From: Eledone cirrhosa
Taxonomy: Eukaryota
Length of the DNA: 64,000 nucleotides
NCBI GenBank assembly: GCA_964016885.1
Contig: CAXHJY010000898.1
Span: forward strand, 372,001 to 436,000
Direction of reading: 5' to 3'
Made by a program: the position numbers and the translations under genes. Below, in pieces: positions 38,001 to 51,340 of this stretch; positions within the stretch are counted from its first letter, which is position 1; each line of letters opens with the position of its first letter. Under the pieces are notes generated by a model. It was not told the DNA's origin and did not search any database. It saw only the letters and a program-made list of their open reading frames with translations.

Positions 38001-41000
38001 AGCTTAGGATAGCTTAGCTTAGCTTAGCTTAGGATAGCTTAGCTTAGCTTAGCTTAGGATAGCTTAGCTTAGCTTAGCTTAGGATAGCTTAGCTTAGCTT
38101 AGCTTAGGATAGCTTAGGATAGCTTAGCTTAGGATAGCTTAGGATAGCTTAGCTTAGGATAGCTTAGGATAGCTTAGCTTAGGATAGCTTAGCTTAGGAT
38201 AGCTTAGCTTAGGATAGCTTAGGATAGCTTAGCTTAGGATAGCTTAGGATAGCTTAGCTTAGGATAGCTTAGCTTAGGATAGCTTAGGATAGCTTAGCTT
38301 AACTTAGCTTAGGATAGCTTAGCTTAGCTTAGCTTAGGATAGCTTAGCTTAGCTTAGCTTAGGATAGCTTAGCTTAGCTTAGCTTAGGATAGCTTAGGAT
38401 AGCTTAGCTTAGGATAGCTTAGGATAGCTTAGCTTAGGATAGCTTAGGATAGTTTAGCTTAGGATAGCTTAGCTTAGGATAGCTTAGGATAGCTTAGCTT
38501 AGCTTAGCTTAGGATAGCTTAGGATAGCTTAGCTTAGGATAGCTTAGGATAGCTTAGCTTAGGATAGATTAGGATAGCTTAGCTTAGGATAGCTTAGGAT
38601 AGCTTAGCTTAGGATAGCTTAGCTTAGGATAGCTTAGCTTAGCTTAGCTTAGGATAGCTTAGCTTGGGATAGCTTAGGATAGCTTAGCTTAGGATAGCTT
38701 AGCTTAGGATAGCTTAGGATAGCTTAGCTTAGCTTAGCTTAGGATAGCTTAGCTTAGCTTAGCTTAGGATAGCTTAGCTTAGCTTAGGATAGCTTAGCTT
38801 AGCTTAGCTTAGGATTGCTTAGCTTAGCTTAGCTTAGGATAGCTTAGCTTAGCTTAGCTTAGGATAGCTTAGCTTAGCTTAGCTTAGGATAGCTTAGCTT
38901 AGCTTAGCTTAGAATAGCTTAGCTTAGGATAGCTTAGCTTAGGATAGCTTAGCTTAGGATAGCTTAGCTTAGGATAGCTTAGGATAGCTTAGCTTAGGAT
39001 AGCTTAGGATAGCTTAGCTTAGGATAGCTTAGCTTAGCTTAGCTTAGGATAGCTTAGCTTAGCTTAGGATAGCTTAGCTTAGCTTAGCTTAGGATAGCTT
39101 AGCTTAGGATAGCTTAGGAAAGCTTAGCTTAGCTTAGCTTAGGATAGCTTAGCTTAGCTTAGCTTAGGATAGCTTAGCTTAGCTTAGGATAGCTTAGCTT
39201 AGCTTAGTTTAGGATAGCTTAGCTTAGCTTAGCTTAGGATAGCTTAGCTTGGCTTAGCTTAGGATAGCTTAGCTTAGCTTAGCTTAGGATAGCTTAGCTT
39301 AGGATAGCTTAGCTTAGCTTAGCTTAGGATAGCTTAGCTTAGCTTAGCTTAGGATAGCTTAGCTTAGGATAGCTTAGCTTAGCTTAGCTTAGGATAGCTT
39401 AGCATAGCTTAGCTTAGGATAGCTTAGCTTAGCTTAGCTTAGGATAGCTTAGCTTAGCTTAGCTTAGGATAGCTTAGCTTAGCTTAGCTTAGGATAGCTT
39501 AGCTTAGCTTAGCTTAGGATAGCTTAGCTTAGCTTAGCTTAGGATAGCTTAGCATAGCTTAGCTTAGGATAGCTTAGCTTAGCTTAGCTTAGGATAGCTT
39601 AGCTTAGCTTAGGATAGCTTAGCTTAGCTTGGCTTAGGATAGCTTAGCTTAGCTTGGCTTAGGATAGCTTAGCTTAGCTTAGCTTAGGATAGCTTAGCTT
39701 AGGATAGCTTAGGATAGCTTAGCTTAGCTTAGCTTAGGATAGCTTAGCTTAGTTTAGGATAGCTTAGCTTAGCTTAGCTTAGGATAGCTTAGGATAGCTT
39801 AGCTTAGGATAGCTTAGGATAGCTTAGCTTAGGATAGCTTAGGATAGCTTAGCTTAGGATAGCTTAGGATAGCTTAGGTTAGGATAGCTTAGCTTAGGAT
39901 AGCTTAGGATAGCTTAGCTTAGGATAGCTTAGGATAGCTTAGCTTAGGATAGCTTAGGATAGCTTAGCTTAGGATAGCTTAGCTTAGGATAGCTTAGGAA
40001 AGCTTAGCTTAGCTTAGCTTAGGATAGCTTAGCTTAGCTTAGCTTAGGATAGCTTAGCTTAGCTTAGCTTAGGATAGCTTAGGATAGCTTAGCTTAGGAT
40101 AGCTTAGGATAGCTTAGCTTAGGATAGCTTAGCTTAGGATAGCTTAGCTTAGGATAGCTTAGGATAGCTTAGCTTAGGATAGCTTAGGATAGCTTAGCTT
40201 AGGATAGCTTAGCTTAGGATAGCTTAGGATAGCTTAGCTTAGCTTAGCTTAGGATAGCTTAGCTTAGCTTAGGATAGCTTAGCTTAGCTTAGCTTAGCTT
40301 AGGATAGCTTAGCTTAGCTTAGGATAGCTTAGGATAGCTTAGCTTAGGATAGCTTAGGATAGCTTAGCTTAGGATAGCTTAGGATAGCTTAGCTTAGGAT
40401 AGCTTAGGATAGCTTAGCTTAGGATAGCTTAGCTTAGGATAGCTTAGCTTAGCTTAGCTTAGGATAGCTTAGCTTAGGATAGCTTAGGATATCTTAGGTT
40501 AGGATAGCTTAGCTTAGGATAGCTTAGGATAGATTAGCTTAGCTTAGCTTAGGATAGCTTAGCTTAGCTTAGCTTAGGATAGCTTAGCTTAGCTTAGGAT
40601 AGCTTAGCTTAGCTTAGCTTAGGATAGCTTAGCTTAGCTTAGCTTAGGATAGCTTAGCTTAGCTTAGGATAGCTTAGCTTAGCTTAGCTTAGGATAGCTT
40701 AGCTTAGCTTAGCTTAGGATAGCTTAGCTTAGGATAGCTTAGCTTAGGATAGCTTAGCTTAGGTTAGCTTAGCTTAGCTTAGCTTAGGATAGCTTAGGAT
40801 AGCTTAGCTTAGGATAACTTAGCTTAGCTTAGCTTAGGATAGCTGAGCTTAGCTTAGCTTAGGATAGCTTAGCTTAGCTTAGCTTAGGATAGCTTAGCTT
40901 AGGATAGCTTAGGATTGCTTAGCTTAGCTTAGCTTAGGATAGCTTAGCTTAGCTTAGCTTAGGATAGCTTAGCTTAGCTTAGGATAGCTTAGCTTAGCTT

Positions 41001-42470
41001 AGCTTAGGATAGCTTAGCTTAGCTTAGCTTAGGATAGCTTAGCTTAGCTTAGCTTAGGATAGCTTAGGATAGCTTAGGATAGCTTAGCTTAGCTTAGCTT
41101 AGGATAGCTTAGCTTAGCTTAGGATAGCTTAGCTTAGCTTAGCTTAGGATAGCTTAGCTTAGCTTAGGATAGCTTAGCTTAGCTTAGCTTAGGATAGCTT
41201 AGCTTAGCTTAGCTTAGGATAGCTTAGCTTAGCTTAGCTTAGGATAGCTTAGCTTAGCTTAGCTTAGGATAGCTTAGCTTAGCTTAGCTTAGGATAGATT
41301 AGCTTAGCTTAGGATAGCTTAGCTTAGCTTAGCTTAGGAAAGCTTAGCTTAGCTTAGGATAGCTTAGCTTAGCTTAGCTTAGGAGAGCTTAGCTTAGCTT
41401 AGCTTAGGATAGCTTAGCTTAGCTTAGCTTAGGATAGCTTAGCTTAGCTTAGGTAGCTTAGCTTAGCTTAGCTTAGGATAGCTTAGCTTAGCTTAGCTTA
41501 GCTTAGGATAGCTTAGCTTAGCTTAGCTTAGGAGAGCTTAGCTTAGCTTAGCTTAGGATAGCTTAGGATAGCTTAGCTTAGGATAGCTTAGGATAGCTTA
41601 CCTTAGGAGAGCTTAGCTTAGGATAGCTTAGCTTAGGATAGCTTAGGATAGCTTAGCTTAGGATAGCTTAGCTTAGGATAGCTTAGCTTAGGATAGCTTA
41701 GGATAGCTTAGCTTAGCTTAGCTTAGGATAGCTTAGCTTAGCTTAGCTTAGGATAGCTTAGCTTAGGTTAGCTTAGCTTAGCTTAGCTTAGCTTAGGATA
41801 GCTTAGCTTAGGATAGCTTAGGATAGCTTAGGATAGCTTAGCTTAGGATAGCTTAGCTTAGGATAGCTTAGGATAGCTTAGCTTAGGATAGCTTAGGATA
41901 GCTTAGCTTAGGATAGCTTAGCTTAGGATAGCTTAGGATAGCTTAGCTTAGCTTAGCTTAGGATAGCTTAGCTTAGCTTAGCTTAGGATAGCTTAGCTTA
42001 GCTTAGGATTGCTTAGCTTTGCTTAGCTTAGGATAGCTTAGGATAGCTTAGGTTAGGATAGCTTAGCTTAGGATAGCTTAGGATAGCTTAGGATAGCTTA
42101 GCTTAGCTTAGCTTAGGATAGCTTAGCTTAGCTTAGCTTAGGATAGCTTAGCTTAGCTTAGGATAGCTTAGCTTAGCTTAGGATAGCTTAGCTTAGCTTA
42201 GCTTAGGATAGCTTAGCTTAGCTTAGCTTAGGACAGCTTAGCTTAGCTTAGCTTAGGATAGCTTAGCTTAGCTTAGGATAGCTTAGCTTAGCTTAGCTTA
42301 GGATAGCTTAGCTTAGGATAGCTTAGCTTAGGATAGCTTAGCATGGGTTAGCTTAGCTTAGCTTAGCTTAGGATAGCTTAGGATAGCTTAGCTTAGGATA
42401 GCTTAGCTTAGCTTAGCTTAGGATAGCTTAGCTTAGCTTAGCTTAGGATAGCTTAGCTTAGCTTAGCTTA
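29980..42470. repeat. Second copy of the ~12-13 kb segment (see 10700-24030)
   Basis: Same ordered rare variants at offsets of about 19.3 kb, then 17.26 kb, then 18.46 kb. The offset changes are accounted for by internal duplications and deletions. Confidence 0.88.
36370..37860. repeat. Tandem duplication, unit about 745 bp
   Basis: ACCTT 36431/37176, TGCTT 36696/37441 (+745), CGCTT 36856/37596 (+740), AACTT doublets 37031,37061 / 37771,37801. Confidence 0.9.
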
Positions 42471-42479
42471 GGACAGCTT

Positions 42480-45400
42480 AGCTTAGCTTAGCTTAGGATA
42501 GATTAGCTTAGCTTAGGATAGCTTAGCTTAGCTTAGCTTAGGAAAGCTTAGCTTAGCTTAGGATAGCTTAGCTTAGCTTAGCTTAGGAGAGCTTAGCTTA
42601 GCTTAGGATAGCTTAGCTTAGCTTAGCTTAGGATAGCTTAGCTTAGCTTAGCTTAGGTAGCTTAGCTTAGGATAGCTTAGCTTAGCTTAGCTTAGCTTAG
42701 GATAGCTTAGCTTAGCTTAGCTTAGGATAGCTTAGCTTAGCTTAGCTTAGGATAGCTTAGGATAGCTTAGCTTAGGATAGCTTAGGATAGCTTACCTTAG
42801 GAGAGCTTAGCTTAGGATAGCTTAGCTTAGGATAGCTTAGGATAGCTTAGCTTAGGATAGCTTAGCTTAGGATAGCTTAGCTTAGGATAGCTTAGGATAG
42901 CTTAGCTTAGCTTAGCTTAGGATAGCTTAGCTTAGCTTAGCTTAGGATAGCTTAGCTTAGGTTAGCTTAGCTTAGCTTAGCTTAGGATAGCTTAGCTTAG
43001 GATAGCTTAGGATAGCTTAGCTTAGGATAGCTTAGCTTAGGATAGCTTAGCTTAGCTTTGCTTAGGATAGCTTAGCTTAGCTTAGCTTAGGATAGCTTAG
43101 CTTAGCTTAGCTTAGGATAGCTTAGCTTAGCTTAGCTTAGGATAGCTTAGCTTAGCTTAGCTTAGGATAGCTTAGCTTAGCTTAGCTTAGGATAGCTTAG
43201 CTTAGCTTAGCTTAGGATCGCTTAGCTTAGCTTAGCTTAGGATAGCTTAGCTTAGCTTAGGATAGCTTAGCTTAGCTTAGCTTAGGATAGCTTAGCTTAG
43301 CTTAGGATAGCTTAGGATAGCTTAGCTTAGGAGAGCTTAGCTTAGCTTAGCTTAGGATAGCTTAGCTTAGCTTAGCTTAGGATAGCTTAGCTTAACTTAG
43401 CTTAGGATAGCTTAGCTTAGCTTAACTTAGGATAGCTTAGCTTAGCTTAGCTTAGGATAGCTTAGCTTAGCTTAGCTTAGGATAGCTTAGCTTAGCTTAG
43501 CTTAGGATAGCTTAGGATAGCTTAGCTTAGGATAGCTTAGGATAGCTTACCTTAGGAGAGCTTAGCTTAGGATAGCTTAGCTTAGGATAGCTTAGGATAG
43601 CTTCGCTTAGGATAGCTTAGCTTAGGATAGCTTAGCTTAGGATAGCTTAGGATAGCTTAGCTTAGCTTAGCTTAGGATAGCTTAGCTTAGCTTAGCTTAG
43701 GATAGCTTAGCTTAGCTTAGCTAAGGATAGCTTAGCTTAGCTTAGCTTAGGATAGCTTAGGATAGCTTAGCTTAGGATAGCTTAGGATAGCTTAGCTTAG
43801 GATAGCTTAGGATAGCTTAGCTTAGGATAGCTTAGCTTAGGATAGCTTAGCTTAGGATAGCTTAGGATAGCTTAGCTTAGGATAGCTTAGGATAGCTTAG
43901 CTTAGGATAGCTTAGCTTAGGATAGCTTAGGATAGCTTAGCTTAACTTAGCTTAGGAAAGCTTAGCTTAGCTTAGCTTAGGATAGCTTAGCTTAGCTTAG
44001 CTTAGGATAGCTTAGCTTAGCTTAGCTTAGGATAGCTTAGGATAGCTTAGCTTAGGATAGCTTAGGATAGCTTAGCTTAGGATAGCTTAGGATAGTTTAG
44101 CTTAGGATAGCTTAGCTTAGGATAGCTTAGGATAGCTTAGCTTAGCTTAGCTTAGGATAGCTTAGGATAGCTTAGCTTAGGATAGCTTAGGATAGCTTAG
44201 CTTAGGATAGATTAGGATAGCTTAGCTTAGGATAGCTTAGGATAGCTTAGCTTAGGATAGCTTAGCTTAGGATAGCTTAGCTTAGCTTAGCTTAGGATAG
44301 CTTAGCTTGGGATAGCTTAGGATAGCTTAGCTTAGGATAGCTTAGGATAGCTTAGCTTAGCTTAGCTTAGGATAGCTTAGCTTAGCTTAGCTTAGGATAG
44401 CTTAGTTTAGCTTAGGATAGCTTAGCTTAGCTTAGCTTAGGATAGCTTAGCTTAGCTTAGCTTAGGATTGCTTAGCTTAGCTTAGCTTAGGATAGCTTAG
44501 CTTAGCTTAGCTTAGGATAGCTTAGCTTAGCTTAGCTTAGGATAGCTTAGCTTAGCTTAGCTTAGAATAGCTTAGCTTAGGATAGCTTAGCTTAGGATAG
44601 CTTAGCTTAGGATAGCTTAGCTTAGGATAGCTTAGGATAGCTTAGCTTAGGATAGCTTAGGATAGCTTAGCTTAGGATAGCTTAGCTTAGCTTAGCTTAG
44701 GATAGCTTAGCTTAGCTTAGGATAGCTTAGCTTAGCTTAGCTTAGCTTAGGATAGCTTAGCTTAGCTTAGGATAGCTTAGCTTAGCTTAGCTTAGGATAG
44801 CTTAGCTTAGCTTAGTTTAGGATAGCTTAGCTTAGCTTAGCTTAGGATAGCTTAGCTTGGCTTAGCTTAGGATAGCTTAGCTTAGCTTAGCTTAGGATAG
44901 CTTAGCTTAGGATAGCTTAGCTTAGCTTAGCTTAGGATAGCTTAGCTTAGCTTAGCTTAGGATAGCTTAGCTTAGGATAGCTTAGCTTAGCTTAGCTTAG
45001 GATAGCTTAGCATAGCTTAGCTTAGGATAGCTTAGCTTAGCTTAGCTTAGGATAGCTTAGCTTAGCTTAGCTTAGGATAGCTTAGCTTAGCTTAGCTTAG
45101 GATAGCTTAGCTTAGCTTAGCTTAGGATAGCTTAGCTTAGCTTAGCTTAGGATAGCTTAGCATAGCTTAGCTTAGGATAGCTTAGCTTAGCTTAGCTTAG
45201 GATAGCTTAGCTTAGCTTAGGATAGCTTAGCTTAGCTTGGCTTAGGATAGCTTAGCTTAGCTTGGCTTAGGATAGCTTAGCTTAGCTTAGCTTAGGATAG
45301 CTTAGCTTAGGATAGCTTAGGATAGCTTAGCTTAGCTTAGCTTAGGATAGCTTAGCTTAGTTTAGGATAGCTTAGCTTAGCTTAGCTTAGGATAGCTTAG

Positions 45401-48040
45401 GATAGCTTAGCTTAGGATAGCTTAGGATAGCTTAGCTTAGGATAGCTTAGGATAGCTTAGCTTAGGATAGCTTAGGATAGCTTAGGTTAGGATAGCTTAG
45501 CTTAGGATAGCTTAGGATAGCTTAGCTTAGGATAGCTTAGGATAGCTTAGCTTAGGATAGCTTAGGATAGCTTAGCTTAGGATAGCTTAGCTTAGGATAG
45601 CTTAGGAAAGCTTAGCTTAGCTTAGCTTAGGATAGCTTAGCTTAGCTTAGCTTAGGATAGCTTAGCTTAGCTTAGCTTAGGATAGCTTAGGATAGCTTAG
45701 CTTAGGATAGCTTAGGATAGCTTAGCTTAGGATAGCTTAGCTTAGGATAGCTTAGCTTAGGATAGCTTAGGATAGCTTAGCTTAGGATAGCTTAGGATAG
45801 CTTAGCTTAGGATAGCTTAGCTTAGGATAGCTTAGGATAGCTTAGCTTAGCTTAGCTTAGGATAGCTTAGCTTAGCTTAGGATAGCTTAGCTTAGCTTAG
45901 CTTAGCTTAGGATAGCTTAGCTTAGCTTAGGATAGCTTAGGATAGCTTAGCTTAGGATAGCTTAGGATAGCTTAGCTTAGGATAGCTTAGGATAGCTTAG
46001 CTTAGGATAGCTTAGGATAGCTTAGCTTAGGATAGCTTAGCTTAGGATAGCTTAGCTTAGCTTAGCTTAGGATAGCTTAGCTTAGGATAGCTTAGGATAT
46101 CTTAGGTTAGGATAGCTTAGCTTAGGATAGCTTAGGATAGATTAGCTTAGCTTAGCTTAGGATAGCTTAGCTTAGCTTAGCTTAGGATAGCTTAGCTTAG
46201 CTTAGGATAGCTTAGCTTAGCTTAGCTTAGGATAGCTTAGCTTAGCTTAGCTTAGGATAGCTTAGCTTAGCTTAGGATAGCTTAGCTTAGCTTAGCTTAG
46301 GATAGCTTAGCTTAGCTTAGCTTAGGATAGCTTAGCTTAGGATAGCTTAGCTTAGGATAGCTTAGCTTAGGTTAGCTTAGCTTAGCTTAGCTTAGGATAG
46401 CTTAGGATAGCTTAGCTTAGGATAACTTAGCTTAGCTTAGCTTAGGATAGCTTAGCTTAGCTTAGCTTAGGATAGCTTAGCTTAGCTTAGCTTAGGATAG
46501 CTTAGCTTAGGATAGCTTAGGATTGCTTAGCTTAGCTTAGCTTAGGATAGCTTAGCTTAGCTTAGCTTAGGATAGCTTAGCTTAGCTTAGGATAGCTTAG
46601 CTTAGCTTAGCTTAGGATAGCTTAGCTTAGCTTAGCTTAGGATAGCTTAGCTTAGCTTAGCTTAGGATAGCTTAGCTTAGCTTAGCTTAGGATAGCTTAG
46701 GATAGCTTAGGATAGCTTAGCTTAGCTTAGCTTAGGAGAGCTTAGCTTAGCTTAGGATAGCTTAGCTTAGCTTAGCTTAGGATAGCTTAGCTTAGCTTAG
46801 GATAGCTTAGCTTAGCTTAGCTTAGGATAGCTTAGCTTAGCTTAGCTTAGGATAGCTTAGCTTAGCTTAGCTTAGGATAGCTTAGCTTAGCTTAGCTTAG
46901 GATAGCTTAGCTTAGCTTAGCTTAGGATAGATTAGCTTAGCTTAGGATAGCTTAGTTAGCTTAGCTTAGGAAAGCTTAGCTTAGCTTAGGATAGCTTAGC
47001 TTAGCTTAGCTTAGGAGAGCTTAGCTTAGCTTAGCTTAGGATAGCTTAGCTTAGCTTAGCTTAGGATAGCTTAGCTTAGCTTAGGTAGCTTAGCTTAGCT
47101 TAGCTTAGGATAGCTTAGCTTAGCTTAGCTTAGCTTAGGATAGCTTAGCTTAGCTTAGCTTAGGAGAGCTTAGCTTAGCTTAGCTTAGGATAGCTTAGGA
47201 TAGCTTAGCTTAGGATAGCTTAGGATAGCTTACCTTAGGAGAGCTTAGCTTAGGATAGCTTAGCTTAGGATAGCTTAGGATAGCTTAGCTTAGGATAGCT
47301 TAGCTTAGGATAGCTTAGCTTAGGATAGCTTAGGATAGCTTAGCTTAGCTTAGCTTAGGATAGCTTAGCTTAGCTTAGCTTAGGATAGCTTAGCTTAGGT
47401 TAGCTTAGCTTAGCTTAGCTTAGCTTAGGATAGCTTAGCTTAGGATAGCTTAGGATAGCTTAGGATAGCTTAGCTTAGGATAGCTTAGCTTAGGATAGCT
47501 TAGGATAGCTTAGCTTAGGATAGCTTAGGATAGCTTAGCTTAGGATAGCTTAGCTTAGGATAGCTTAGGATAGCTTAGCTTAGCTTAGCTTAGGATAGCT
47601 TAGCTTAGCTTAGCTTAGGATAGCTTAGCTTAGCTTAGGATTGCTTAGCTTAGCTTAGCTTAGGATAGCTTAGGATAGCTTAGCTTAGGATAGCTTAGCT
47701 TAGGATAGCTTAGGATAGCTTAGGATAGCTTAGCTTAGCTTAGCTTAGGATAGCTTAGCTTAGCTTAGCTTAGGATAGCTTAGCTTAGCTTAGCTTAGGA
47801 TAGCTTAGCTTAGCTTAGGATAGCTTAGCTTAGCTTAGCTTAGGATAGCTTAGCTTAGCTTAGCTTAGGACAGCTTAGCTTAGCTTAGCTTAGGATAGCT
47901 TAGCTTAGCTTAGGATAGCTTAGCTTAGCTTAGCTTAGGATAGCTTAGCTTAGGATAGCTTAGCTTAGGATAGCTTAGCTTGGGTTAGCTTAGCTTAGCT
48001 TAGCTTAGGATAGCTTAGGATAGCTTAGCTTAGGATAGCT
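42480..48040. repeat. ~5.6 kb copy of the adjacent upstream block (about 36100-42400, with one copy of the 745-bp unit)
   Basis: GGGAT 38666/44309, GGCTT 39631/45239 (+5608), ATCTT-AGGTT 40491/46099 (+5608), GGGTT 42345/47982. Confidence 0.88.
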
Positions 48041-51000
48041 TAGCTTAGGATAGCTTAGGATAGCTTAGCTTAGGATAGCTTAGGATAGCTTAGCTTAGGA
48101 TAGCTTAGCTTAGCTTAGCTTAGGATAGCTTAGCTTAGCTTAGGATAGCTTAGCTTAGCTTAGCTTAGGATAGCTTAGCTTAGGATAGCTTAGGAAAGCT
48201 TAGCTTAGCTTAGCTTAGGATAGCTTAGCTTAGCTTAGCTTAGGATAGCTTAGCTTAGCTTAGGATAGCTTAGCTTAGCTTAGCTTAGGATAGCTTAGCT
48301 TAGCTTAGTTTAGGATAGCTTAGCTTAGCTTAGCTTAGGATAGCTTAGCTTGGCTTAGCTTAGGATAGCTTAGCTTAGCTTAGCTTAGGATAGCTTAGCT
48401 TAGGATAGCTTAGCTTAGCTTAGCTTAGGATAGCTTAGCTTAGCTTAGCTTAGGATAGCTTAGCTTAGGATAGCTTAGCTTAGCTTAGCTTAGGATAGCT
48501 TAGCATAGCTTAGCTTAGGATAGCTTAGCTTAGCTTAGCTTAGGATAGCTTAGCTTAGCTTAGGATAGCTTAGCTTAGCTTAGCTTAGGATAGCTTAGCT
48601 TAGCTTAGCTTAGGATAGCTTAGCTTAGCTTAGCTTAGGAAAGCTTAGCATAGCTTAGCTTAGGATAGCTTAGCTTAGCTTAGCTTAGGATAGCTTAGCT
48701 TAGCTTAGGATAGCTTAGCTTAGCTTGGCTTAGGATAGCTTAGCTTAGCTTGGCTTAGGATAGCTTAGCTTAGCTTAGCTTAGGATAGCTTAGCTTAGGA
48801 TAGCTTAGGATAGCTTAGCTTAGCTTAGCTTAGGATAGCTTAGCTTAGTTTAGGATAGCTTAGCTTAGCTTAGCTTAGGATAGCTTAGGATAGCTTAGCT
48901 TAGGATAGCTTAGGATAGCTTAGCTTAGGATAGCTTAGGATAGCTTAGCTTAGGATAGCTTAGGATAGCTTAGGTTAGGATAGCTTAGCTTAGGATAGCT
49001 TAGGATAGCTTAGCTTAGGATAGCTTAGGATAGCTTAGCTTAGGATAGCTTAGGATAGCTTAGCTTAGGATAGCTTAGCTTAGGATAGCTTAGGAAAGCT
49101 TAGCTTAGCTTAGCTTAGGATAGCTTAGCTTAGCTTAGCTTAGGATAGCTTAGCTTAGCTTAGCTTAGGATAGCTTAGGATAGCTTAGCTTAGGATAGCT
49201 TAGGATAGCTTAGCTTAGGATAGCTTAGCTTAGGATAGCTTAGCTTAGGATAGCTTAGGATAGCTTAGCTTAGGATAGCTTAGGATAGCTTAGCTTAGGA
49301 TAGCTTAGCTTAGGATAGCTTAGGATAGCTTAGCTTAGCTTAGCTTAGGATAGCTTAGCTTAGCTTAGGATAGCTTAGCTTAGCTTAGCTTAGCTTAGGA
49401 TAGCTTAGCTTAGGATAGCTTAGGATAGCTTAGCTTAGGATAGCTTAGGATAGCTTAGCTTAGGATAGCTTAGGATAGCTTAGCTTAGGATAGCTTAGGA
49501 TAGCTTAGCTTAGGATAGCTTAGCTTAGGATAGCTTAGCTTAGCTTAGCTTAGGTAGCTTAGCTTAGGATAGCTTAGGATATCTTAGGTTAGGATAGCTT
49601 AGCTTAGGATAGCTTAGGATAGATTAGCTTAGCTTAGCTTAGGATAGCTTAGCTTAGCTTAGCTTAGGATAGCTTAGCTTAGCTTAGGATAGCTTAGCTT
49701 AGCTTAGCTTAGGATAGCTTAGCTTAGCTTAGCTTAGGATAGCTTAGCTTAGCTTAGGATAGCTTAGCTTAGCTTAGCTTAGGATAGCTTAGCTTAGCTT
49801 AGCTTAGGATAGCTTAGCTTAGGATAGCTTAGGATTGCTTAGCTTAGCTTAGCTTAGGATAGCTTAGCTTAGCTTAGCTTAGGATAGCTTAGCTTAGCTT
49901 AGGATAGCTTAGCTTAGCTTAGCTTAGGATAGCTTAGCTTAGCTTAGCTTAGGATAGCTTAGCTTAGCTTAGCTTAGGATAGCTTAGGATAGCTTAGGAT
50001 AGCTTAGCTTAGCTTAGCTTAGGATAGCTTAGCTTAGCTTAGGATAGCTTAGCTTAGCTTAGCTTAGGATAGCTTAGCTTAGCTTAGGATAGCTTAGCTT
50101 AGCTTAGCTTAGGATAGCTTAGCTTAGCTTAGCTTAGGATAGCTTAGCTTAGCTTAGCTTAGGATAGCTTAGCTTAGCTTAGCTTAGGATAGCTTAGCTT
50201 AGCTTAGCTTAGGATAGATTAGCTTAGCTTAGGATAGCTTAGCTTAGCTTAGCTTAGGAAAGCTTAGCTTAGCTTAGGATAGCTTAGCTTAGCTTAGCTT
50301 AGGAGAGCTTAGCTTAGGATAGCTTAGCTTAGCTTAGCTTAGGATAGCTTAGCTTAGCTTAGGTAGCTTAGCTTAGCTTAGCTTAGGATAGCTTAGCTTA
50401 GCTTAGCTTAGCTTAGGATAGCTTAGCTTAGCTTAGCTTAGGAGAGCTTAGCTTAGCTTAGCTTAGGATAGCTTAGGATAGCTTAGCTTAGGATAGCTTA
50501 GGATAGCTTACCTTAGGAGAGCTTAGCTTAGGATAGCTTAGCTTAGGATAGCTTAGGATAGCTTAGCTTAGGATAGCTTAGCTTAGGATAGCTTAGCTTA
50601 GGATAGCTTAGGATAGCTTAGCTTAGCTTAGCTTAGGATAGCTTAGCTTAGCTTAGCTTAGGATAGCTTAGCTTAGGTTAGCTTAGCTTAGCTTAGCTTA
50701 GCTTAGGATAGCTTAGCTTAGGATAGCTTAGGATAGCTTAGGATAGCTTAGCTTAGGATAGCTTAGCTTAGGATAGCTTAGGATAGCTTAGCTTAGGATA
50801 GCTTAGGATAGCTTAGCTTAGGATAGCTTAGCTTAGGATAGCTTAGGATAGCTTAGCTTAGCTTAGCTTAGGATAGCTTAGCTTAGCTTAGCTTAGGATA
50901 GCTTAGCTTAGCTTAGGATTGCTTAGCTTAGCTTAGCTTAGGATAGCTTAGGATAGCTTAGCTTAGGATAGCTTAGCTTAGGATAGCTTAGGATAGCTTA

Positions 51001-51340
51001 GGATAGCTTAGCTTAGCTTAGCTTAGGATAGCTTAGCTTAGCTTAGCTTAGGATAGCTTAGCTTAGCTTAGCTTAGGATAGCTTAGCTTAGCTTAGGATA
51101 GCTTAGCTTAGCTTAGCTTAGGATAGCTTAGCTTAGCTTAGCTTAGGACAGCTTAGCTTAGCTTAGCTTAGGATAGCTTAGCTTAGCTTAGGATAGCTTA
51201 GCTTAGCTTAGCTTAGGATAGCTTAGCTTAGGATAGCTTAGCTTAGGATAGCTTAGCTTGGGTTAGCTTAGCTTAGCTTAGCTTAGGATAGCTTAGGATA
51301 GCTTAGCTTAGGATAGCTTAGCTTAGCTTAGCTTAGGATA
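48040..51340. repeat. ~3.3-3.5 kb further copy of the distal part of the preceding block
   Basis: AGCAT pair 48502/48647, GGCTT pair 48727/48752, ATCTT-AGGTT 49581 (+3482 from 46099), GGGTT 51260. Confidence 0.85.
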
